From the IMG/VR virus record IMGVR_UViG_3300042989_000017: a stretch of 20,000 bases of DNA, one strand, 5' to 3'. Each line of letters opens with the position of its first letter. Position 1 is the first letter of the stretch. This DNA comes from an uncultured virus (IMG/VR IMGVR_UViG_3300042989_000017). Taxonomy: Duplodnaviria > Heunggongvirae > Uroviricota > Caudoviricetes. Below, piece by piece: positions 1-6,351 of this stretch. The translations under genes were made by a program, and so were the position numbers. The notes beneath the pieces are model-generated. The model was not told the DNA's origin. It saw only the letters and a program-made list of their open reading frames with translations, and did no database searches.

Positions 1-747
1 ACCCTGACAGGATACCCACGGCTCGACATCACGGTACTTGAAGAAGTTATCATAAAAAATGCACCGCTTGACACCAAAGGCGACCCTGCAAAATTGACGC
101 AATACATCAACAACACCATCACCTCGATCACCAGTACGGTTTCAGGTTTACGCGCCGATCAAGCCTTCGTTCACACTGATAGTATTAAGGCGGATATGGT
201 TAATACCAAGTCAGCAGGCATGACTTTGAATATTGAGCCAATTATCAAAACACTCAATGCACAAAACCAAGCAGCCTTACGGGTCATGGCTACTACTTTA
301 GGTAGAGGGGAGAGCGGAGTTAATACTGCAAGTGTAGAGGCTTTATTGTTTGCGAAGAATGCCGAGGCACTAAATTTACCTATAGCAGAGCTTTGGGAGC
401 AAATTTTCACTTTCATTTTAAGACTAACTGGCTCTACGTCCAGAGTCGTTGTGAAGTTCAGGCCAGTTGAGCTTCGCCCCACTACTGAGCTATGGGCACA
501 AAAGGTGTTGCAACAATCCTTCTTGCAAAAAGAGTTGAGCTTAGGTTCAATAGATGATGACGACTATCATTTAGAGCTATTTGGTCACATACGCCCTGAC
601 TCCGCCCCTATTTTAAGTGGAACTGGTTTTAACGGGGGCGGGAGTGTAGTTAACGCTGGAGGTATTAGCCCTAACACCGACTCCACTGGTAGGTCGGTAT
701 CCTCTGCGGCTGATAAGACCGCGAAAAGTAATGCGGTTAAAAAGTAA
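1..747 (+). CDS. Probable portal protein, C-terminal part (5' truncated by the window)
   Basis: The frame of ORF 94..747 is open from base 1 (TLTGYPRLDITVLEEVIIKNAP...). It lies directly upstream of protease-decoration-capsid. Portal call rests on synteny and a portal-like C-terminus (VVVKFRPVELRP...LGSIDDDDY). Confidence 0.7.
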   Translation, partial: TLTGYPRLDITVLEEVIIKNAPLDTKGDPAKLTQYINNTITSITSTVSGLRADQAFVHTDSIKADMVNTKSAGMTLNIEPIIKTLNAQNQAALRVMATTLGRGESGVNTASVEALLFAKNAEALNLPIAELWEQIFTFILRLTGSTSRVVVKFRPVELRPTTELWAQKVLQQSFLQKELSLGSIDDDDYHLELFGHIRPDSAPILSGTGFNGGGSVVNAGGISPNTDSTGRSVSSAADKTAKSNAVKK

Positions 748-862
748 CTAAGGTAAACTATTAGTAGGTCACGTTCCTTTGCGTTCTGTGCCTTTTGACC
801 AAGGACGAAGTTGTTTTAGTTGATAGTTACTTAACCACCTACGAGCGTAAGTGGTAAACAAG

Positions 863-885
863 AAAAAGCCCTCAAAAGAGGGCTT
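863..885 (-). terminator. Intrinsic terminator-like hairpin, minus strand
   Basis: AAGCCCTC-AAAA-GAGGGCTT perfect stem preceded by AAAAA on + (a U-tract on -). It could end the minus-strand non-coding transcript. Confidence 0.55.
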
Positions 886-988
886 CAGTAATCTTCTGTT
901 CTTCGTGACCGCTCTTTACCTAAGGCATCGAACATCACATTGTTTCTGTTGGTACCAAACAGAGAAGACCGTAACAAGTAACCTACTG

Positions 989-1011
989 AAGCCTCCTTTC
1001 GGAAGCTTTTT
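989..1011 (+). terminator. Terminator-like hairpin, plus strand
   Basis: AAGCCTCC-TTTC-GGAAGCTT running into a T-tract (1007-1011); one mismatch in the stem. Confidence 0.35.
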
Positions 1012-1120
1012 GCTATCAGGTTGTTTATCTCGTAGATTCTACCGCCATAAGGCGATGTCACCAACTATCTGGCCACTACTCAGACTGTACCTGCAAACGT
1101 CTTTTAGTTCTTTACAATTT

Positions 1121-1194
1121 TGGCAGCGAGGGACGGAATCAAACCGCCTTCTTCGGTTTTGGAGACCGAGGTAATATCAATATACGACCAAGCT
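1121..1194 (-). tRNA. tRNA-Trp(CCA)-like gene, degenerate (possible pseudo-tRNA)
   Basis: Minus strand AGCTTGGTCGTATATTGATATTACCTCGGTCTCCAAAACCGAAGAAGGCGGTTTGATTCCGTCCCTCGCTGCCA: anticodon arm TCGGT-CTCCAAA-ACCGA, T arm GGCGG-TTTGATT-CCGTC, encoded 3' GCCA. Acceptor stem has two mismatches, T-loop is TTT rather than TTC, D-loop lacks GG. Confidence 0.75.
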
Positions 1195-1197
1195 AAA

Positions 1198-1387
1198 AAC
1201 TTAAAAATCCTAGGTTAAAACTGCTACTTCCCACCAGGTTTTTATTCGTCAACTACTCGCTCAGGTTTCAATTCTTTCCCGCAAAAGATATGCGATTACC
1301 TTTATGCTTCTAAACCCTCCTGTTCGCATTACTCAAGAGTTCATAGGCCAACCTACTATTCGGAGTTTCAACTTAGGTTTTTAAGTT
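1198..1387. repeat. Imperfect ~24-bp inverted repeat closing a ~140-nt insert
   Basis: AACTTAAAAATCCTAGGTTAAAACT (1198-1222) versus AGTTTCAACTTAGGTTTTTAAGTT (1364-1387): 2 substitutions and 1 indel. Confidence 0.8.
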
Positions 1388-1407
1388 CTCTCATTGTTAA
1401 GCTACAC

Positions 1408-1510
1408 GATAACTGACTAAACTCTGCTCACCAAGCCATCATTGTAGTAGCTGAGAAGTAGCAGGATTTATGGGGAACCCTTCCCAGCTCACAGAGTTTA
1501 GTCAGTTATC
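1408..1510. repeat. Perfect 19-bp inverted repeat closing a 65-nt insert
   Basis: GATAACTGACTAAACTCTG (1408-1426) and CAGAGTTTAGTCAGTTATC (1492-1510) are exact reverse complements. Confidence 0.95.
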
Positions 1511-1518
1511 AAGTAAAG

Positions 1519-1594
1519 TGGACTAGGTAAGGGACTCGAACCCCTATTTCCCACTTTTGAAAGCAAGCGTCTTAACCGTTAGACGACCCGCGCC
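1519..1594 (-). pseudogene. tRNA-Glu(TTC)-like element with broken acceptor and anticodon stems
   Basis: Minus strand GGCGCGGGTCGTCTAACGGTTAAGACGCTTGCTTTCAAAAGTGGGAAATAGGGGTTCGAGTCCCTTACCTAGTCCA: intact D arm (GTCT/AGAC), intact T arm (AGGGG-TTCGAGT-CCCTT), CT-TTC-A loop and 3' CCA. The acceptor strands do not pair and the anticodon stem is irregular. Confidence 0.7.
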
Positions 1595-1753
1595 AGAATA
1601 AACTATCCACTTCTTTTCGGCAACGGTAAGTGGTCAACCATCAATCAGAGATATGATGCACCCCTGCCTTCTTCCTTTTGACTCGAACTACACCCACTGG
1701 AGTAACCGTCTCAATAGCCAAGTATTGTAGGGAGGAAGCCGCCATGAGTTGAA

Positions 1754-1782
1754 AGATTACTTCGACTGACCTTCTTTGTCTG
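1754..1782 (-). promoter_or_regulatory. Candidate sigma70-like promoter for the minus-strand non-coding cassette
   Basis: Minus strand CAGACA-17 bp-TAATCT pointing into the cassette; -35 matches only 4/6. Confidence 0.3.
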
Positions 1783-1810
1783 TATCTTCTTTGTAACTTT
1801 TATAATCTGT

Positions 1811-1839
1811 TTGCAAACCTAGCCTCGTTATAGTAACCT
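1811..1839 (+). promoter_or_regulatory. Candidate sigma70-like promoter for the head genes
   Basis: TTGCAA-17 bp-TAACCT, 35 bp upstream of the protease ATG. Confidence 0.45.
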
Positions 1840-1873
1840 TAATACACCTACAAAATTTATACAAAAGTACGCC

Positions 1874-3037
1874 ATGAAACGTATTGAAATCACAGAACGT
1901 ATCAAAGCTCTCATCAAAGCATCAGTTGGAGATGAGATTGATTACAGCCAAGTTGCTGCTTTCGAGGCAACCGCAGTTACTTCCTTACCGCTCAATAGAC
2001 GCGGCTCTATCTTTGATAAGGGTCGGATCACTGCCGAGACATTTATCGAAGCAGCCACTCTTTTAAATACTGGCGGTTTCGTACCCCTTCACACGTTGCA
2101 CGAGCAAGATTATGAAATCCCAGTAGGTCGTCTGTTCTACGGTGAACATTTAAAGACACCTCAAGGTACTGACGAACTCCGTACTTTATTCTTTGTTGAT
2201 AGTACAAGCCCTAACTTAATTAGCCGCCTTGATACAGGAACCATTGAGGAGGTCAGCGTAGGTATGCAATTTAAGCGTTTACTTTGCTCTACCTGCGGTG
2301 TTGACCTGATGGAAGATACCGAATCTATGTGGTCGCAGACCTGCAAGAACGGTCATGTTATGGGTATGGGTACAAACCACGTTCGCCCTGACGGTGTCGC
2401 CAATTTCCGTGAAATGAGCTTAGTTTCCAAAGGTGCCAGTAATGGCGCGAAGGTTCTAGGCGCACAGAAGCGTTTACTTGCTTCCGCTTACTATAAAGAA
2501 GGCTCTCAATTAGCTGCTTCTTTGAAAGACCCTGAACTTATGCTTTTTGGCTCTCCCACTAAGCTTGCTGAGGAAGACCCTATGTTAATTGCTGAATTAG
2601 AAGCTAAGTTAGCAAAAGCTGAAGGTGATTTAACCTTAACAGCGACCGCTAAGATTGAAGCTGAAGGTAAAGTAGCTATGCTCGAAGCGGCTAAAGTTAC
2701 TCTGGAAGCGGCTAAAACTGAAACCGAAGGTAAAATCGTTGCTCTTGAAGCCAAGTTAGCAGTCGAAGCTGAGAATAATGTCGGCCTTGCTACCAGCGTC
2801 ACAACTTGGGAAGCAGCTTGTACAGCTTCCGAAGCTGCCAAAGTAGAAGCCGAAACTAAGTTAGCTGCGGCTGAAACCGAAGTCGCCGCCCTTAAAGCGA
2901 CCTCAAACATGACGCTGACTCAGCGACCATTTAAGCTCCCTCTTGGTGGCGTTGAAGGCTTGCGAGCCACGACTACCGATAGCGAAAACCCAAACCTTGT
3001 TACGATTGGCTCTACCGCCTTTCGGACACCCAAGTAA
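1874..3037 (+). CDS. Prohead maturation protease fused to a coiled-coil scaffold-like domain
   Basis: 387 aa. Motifs LHTLH...PVGR, EEVSVG and FREMSLV..GA resemble HK97/herpes-fold prohead proteases. C-terminal Ala/Glu/Lys heptad-rich region. Sits between portal and capsid genes. Confidence 0.8.
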   Translation: MKRIEITERIKALIKASVGDEIDYSQVAAFEATAVTSLPLNRRGSIFDKGRITAETFIEAATLLNTGGFVPLHTLHEQDYEIPVGRLFYGEHLKTPQGTDELRTLFFVDSTSPNLISRLDTGTIEEVSVGMQFKRLLCSTCGVDLMEDTESMWSQTCKNGHVMGMGTNHVRPDGVANFREMSLVSKGASNGAKVLGAQKRLLASAYYKEGSQLAASLKDPELMLFGSPTKLAEEDPMLIAELEAKLAKAEGDLTLTATAKIEAEGKVAMLEAAKVTLEAAKTETEGKIVALEAKLAVEAENNVGLATSVTTWEAACTASEAAKVEAETKLAAAETEVAALKATSNMTLTQRPFKLPLGGVEGLRATTTDSENPNLVTIGSTAFRTPK

Positions 3038-3072
3038 CTTTGTAGACTAAACCCCCACTAGGAGACAACGCG

Positions 3073-3462
3073 ATGACAGAAATCGCATCAGGTGGCGTGA
3101 CCCTCGTGGGCATTCCCCAACAAGACTTCCGCTTCACTTGCCGCTTAACCGCAGGTATGGTTGCTGCGGATATTGGCAAACCAGTTGCTTTATCGACTGC
3201 TGCCAACAACACAGTTAAATTAGCAGGCGATGGCGACATCGTGATCGGTCGCTTATTGACTTATCGCAATTTGACAACCGAAGGCATTATCGTTGGTAGT
3301 GTTGAGTTCAAAGGCGGTTTCCGCTTTGACACAACTGATACTGTCGTTATCGGTGACGGTGTTGTCGGTTCTGCAACGGCTGGTAAAGTCAAAGCAGGTA
3401 CAAACCCTCGTTCATTAGTAGTTGCCGTTAACGGTACAACTGCTGATGTAATCTTCATCTAA
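3073..3462 (+). CDS. Head decoration / minor capsid protein
   Basis: 129 aa, Gly/Ala/Val/Thr-rich (DIGKPVAL...TVKLAGDGD.VIGRL), RBS AGGAGA, immediately upstream of the major capsid gene. Confidence 0.7.
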   Translation: MTEIASGGVTLVGIPQQDFRFTCRLTAGMVAADIGKPVALSTAANNTVKLAGDGDIVIGRLLTYRNLTTEGIIVGSVEFKGGFRFDTTDTVVIGDGVVGSATAGKVKAGTNPRSLVVAVNGTTADVIFI

Positions 3463-3473
3463 GGAGTAGGTAT

Positions 3474-4652
3474 ATGCGTCCTTTATCAGATATTAAGAAA
3501 ACTACTCCTGAAGCCGTTGCTGCTTTGTTGATGACGATTAGCAAGTCTGACTCCAAAGAAAACGGCATGGCGTTAGTGAAAGAAGCTGCCTCTTTCGGCT
3601 TGAACCTACGTGATTACCTAACACTTTCTGTTGACACCAAAGGTGGCGAAGACAAGTGGAAAGGTTATAACGGTTATGAGGCGATTAAAGTTGCTTTGAA
3701 CTTGCCTCACGCAAATGACTTTGAAGCTGGTATCACTTTGCAAGCTGCGGCTAACACTTTTAACACATACGCGGGTACTCGCGCTATGTTCCCTGAAGTG
3801 ATTGACGATATGTTGAAGTTTAAAACGCTTCAAGATAACAAAGTTGAAAACATTGCTTCGATTGTTGGCCAGTCTCGTACTGTGTCTCAGCGTGAAATGA
3901 TTTCGACTTACTATGAAGATGACTTGGCTGACGGCAGCGTGGACACATTCACGATTGCTGAGCTCGGTAAAATCCCTGTTCGTAGCGTCCGCACAAGCCA
4001 AAGCTCTGTTAACTTCGGCAAACGCGGTAGTGGTATTGAGTTGTCTTACGAGTTCACTCGTGAAGCGTCTCTCGACATCATTGCTCCGTTTGCTGCTCGT
4101 ATTGCTCGTGCCTTGGAGAAATCCAAAGTGGCTGCTGCAACTTCGATCTTGATTAACGGTGATGGTGTTAACGCGGCTGCTGAAGTTCAAGCCTTCTCTA
4201 GCTTCGGCGCAACTGGCGGTGTTATCAGCGCGGCAAACTACAAAGCCTTAGCGAAGTTCTTAATGAGCAACGCTAACAACGGTTATGTCTTCGACACATT
4301 CGTTGTGAACTTTGATATGTATGTTGAATTGATGTTCATGTCCCAGCCTGTTGTTGGTGCTGGCTTGAGTACAGTTGACTTCATGCAGAACAAAGGCACA
4401 CCTGCAATCAGCACAACCTTACCATTTATGAATGGCATGGTTAACGTGGTTTTATCTTCTAGCGTACCTGCTGGCAAGATTATCGCCATGACTAAGGCTG
4501 AATGTATCGAAGAACTCGTTATGGCTGGTGGTAACATCTCCGAAAGCGAGCGTTCGATCACTAACCAATCTATCACTTATGTGAAAACAGAAGAGACAGG
4601 TTACAAGTTAGCGGTGCCTAAAGCGCGTGTTGTTTTAAACGTAGCAGCTTAA
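3474..4652 (+). CDS. Major capsid protein (HK97 fold expected)
   Basis: 392 aa, RBS AAGGAG, capsid-like segments (IAELGKIP, KRGSGIELSYE, ILINGDG), followed by a strong terminator; canonical position. Confidence 0.85.
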   Translation: MRPLSDIKKTTPEAVAALLMTISKSDSKENGMALVKEAASFGLNLRDYLTLSVDTKGGEDKWKGYNGYEAIKVALNLPHANDFEAGITLQAAANTFNTYAGTRAMFPEVIDDMLKFKTLQDNKVENIASIVGQSRTVSQREMISTYYEDDLADGSVDTFTIAELGKIPVRSVRTSQSSVNFGKRGSGIELSYEFTREASLDIIAPFAARIARALEKSKVAAATSILINGDGVNAAAEVQAFSSFGATGGVISAANYKALAKFLMSNANNGYVFDTFVVNFDMYVELMFMSQPVVGAGLSTVDFMQNKGTPAISTTLPFMNGMVNVVLSSSVPAGKIIAMTKAECIEELVMAGGNISESERSITNQSITYVKTEETGYKLAVPKARVVLNVAA

Positions 4653-4690
4653 CGGTTGTGGTCTGGGAGGTTGTAAAAAGCCTCCTGAAG

Positions 4691-4717
4691 AAAGCCCTGC
4701 GAAAGCGGGGCTTTTTT
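4691..4717 (+). terminator. Intrinsic terminator after the major capsid gene
   Basis: AAAGCCCTGC-GAAA-GCGGGGCTTT with a GNRA loop and a T-tract. Confidence 0.85.
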
Positions 4718-4747
4718 ATGTTAAAATATCCGAAACGAGGTGAAACT

Positions 4748-5071
4748 ATGTTAGTTATTGTAAAGACCACAGGTTCCTTTATGCTCTCCCCTTACGACGG
4801 TGGAGCTACCCCTTTGATTGAAGCGGGACTTCCAACATTATGCAAACTTACCCCCTTCATACAGTATCGGGTCAAGTTAGGTCAGTTAAAGATTTTGGCA
4901 GAGAATGTTCCCGAAACAGCAACTCAGTCAGGGATACTTGCTGGGATACAGGCTGCTGATGGAGATGTTGAGGCGTATATCAAAAGTTTGACTTCCGCTC
5001 TCCAGTTAGCCAAAGAAGTTCCACCAATAAAAAACCCATCTCCAACTGCAAAAACTAAAAAGAGTATTTAA
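4748..5071 (+). CDS. Hypothetical virion/head-associated protein (107 aa)
   Basis: Start moved from 4658 to ATG 4748 (RBS GAGGTG) because the longer ORF runs through the capsid terminator. Confidence 0.7.
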   Translation: MLVIVKTTGSFMLSPYDGGATPLIEAGLPTLCKLTPFIQYRVKLGQLKILAENVPETATQSGILAGIQAADGDVEAYIKSLTSALQLAKEVPPIKNPSPTAKTKKSI

Positions 5072-5073
5072 TC

Positions 5074-5793
5074 ATGGCAAATTGGTTTGAGAGTGGCGAA
5101 GCGGCAAGTTTAAGCTTTAACTTGATGCAGCAAGGGGATTTCGTCATTCCTGACCCTGCTACGAATGTTGTACTTACAATCCGAAACAAGCTTGGGGCGA
5201 CCCTTCATACCGAGTCTCAGACTTCAGCAGGTAGCCTGTACAGTTTTGCTGTCCCTGCTTTGACAAATACCCTAACAGGTTCAAATACGATTGAAGCTCG
5301 TTTCGTGAAAGTGAGATACGTTTTAAACGGTGGAGCGGAAACCCTTAACGAAAACTACCAGCTTTCAGCTTTTATCCCTTTTACAGTAACAAGTGAAAGT
5401 GTTAGAACCTACTTAGGGATTACGATTGACGAGTTAGAGGATAATGAAATTGACTTACTTCAGGCTTACCATACTCTTGTTGGTACTTACGGTTCAAATT
5501 TCACCACTCCGTTTGCCACTGAGGGTGTTCTTAGTTTCGCCGCCAATAAAGCTGTGGCGATCCAAGCAGCAATTAACCTTGCGGTCGGATTACCTCAACG
5601 CATCGCGCAGAAAACGGATGCTGAGAAAGCAAGTTTTCAACGGGCAACAAAATTTGACCCTTACAAGTTAATTGCCAAGCTTGAAGAAGAGCTGAGTGAG
5701 ACCTTAGCGGGAATTTTACCCTCAACAGATACAACTGTTGGCGCAGCTAACTTTTCCGTCTCTGCGGGTACTGACCCATTCACGGGGGCTTAA
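5074..5793 (+). CDS. Probable head-tail adaptor/neck protein
   Basis: 239 aa; VTSESVRTYLGI..DEL resembles adaptor N-terminal helices; position after capsid. Confidence 0.55.
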   Translation: MANWFESGEAASLSFNLMQQGDFVIPDPATNVVLTIRNKLGATLHTESQTSAGSLYSFAVPALTNTLTGSNTIEARFVKVRYVLNGGAETLNENYQLSAFIPFTVTSESVRTYLGITIDELEDNEIDLLQAYHTLVGTYGSNFTTPFATEGVLSFAANKAVAIQAAINLAVGLPQRIAQKTDAEKASFQRATKFDPYKLIAKLEEELSETLAGILPSTDTTVGAANFSVSAGTDPFTGA

Positions 5794-5850
5794 CCTTGCC
5801 TAAACTCCCCGCACTCCACAAACAGGAGCTTAACCTTGCGTAAACTCCAC
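5782..5850 (+). repeat. 29-bp direct repeat, period 40 bp, at a gene junction
   Basis: ACGGGGGCTTAACCTTGCCTAAACTCCCC (5782-5810) versus ACAGGAGCTTAACCTTGCGTAAACTCCAC (5822-5850), 25/29 identical. Confidence 0.9.
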
Positions 5851-6351
5851 CATAGACGGTTTAAGTTTGCCCTTAAAAACTTGACGCGAGGTGTAAGCTT
5901 GATGGGGGAGTTTGTTGACCCGTCAGGTGAACTTTTAGCAACTGAGGAAGCCAACCAGTTGCTTAGGGTGACAAAGAAGGCAGTTTTAAACTCGGGCGAT
6001 CATCTTTACTTTCAAGGCAACCACTATGGTGTTTCCTCTTATAGTAAAGAGGTCTTAGACACCATCTATCGCTTAATACCTTTTCCTGACATAGTAAGCT
6101 GGCAAGTGCAGCAAGTCTCAGTCGAAGACCCCTTAACGGGGCTGCTAAAGCCTGTAGATACTATCTCTCCGCCTGTTCAAGCCTTGCACTGTAAAAAGAA
6201 GACGGAAGGTTTTGAAGGTGATATTCACTCCAGCATGAAACCTAAAACCTGCTACCTGATGACAGAAGTGGTTAGTGTGGGCGACCTACTGGATGGTGTT
6301 CCTGTGAAACGGATTTACAAAGAGCAGGACATTTACAAGGTTGAAACGTAA
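5836..6351 (+). CDS. Putative head closure / head-tail joining protein
   Basis: 171 aa, TTG start with RBS AGGAG, stop overlaps the next start (TAATG). Function from synteny only. Confidence 0.5.
   Translation: MRKLHHRRFKFALKNLTRGVSLMGEFVDPSGELLATEEANQLLRVTKKAVLNSGDHLYFQGNHYGVSSYSKEVLDTIYRLIPFPDIVSWQVQQVSVEDPLTGLLKPVDTISPPVQALHCKKKTEGFEGDIHSSMKPKTCYLMTEVVSVGDLLDGVPVKRIYKEQDIYKVET

Noticed and set aside
851..1174. 107-aa plus-strand ORF
   Set aside because: No RBS, atypical composition, runs through terminator hairpins and antisense to the tRNA-Trp-like gene.
1519..1594. Opal (UCA) suppressor tRNA and genome recoding
   Set aside because: The anticodon stem does not pair in that register, and genes here end normally in TAA, TAG and TGA without internal stops.
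748..1873. CRISPR array or tandem repeat array
   Set aside because: No direct repeats with regular spacing; the modules are inverted repeats of unrelated sequence. Recurrent CTACT pentamers are too short and irregular.
2161..4576. Minus-strand and alternate-frame ORFs over head genes
   Set aside because: Shadow ORFs caused by codon bias of the real plus-strand genes.
4658..4747. N-terminal extension of the gene after the capsid, or capsid read-through
   Set aside because: Crosses a strong terminator; a good RBS precedes ATG 4748; no slippery site seen at the capsid end.
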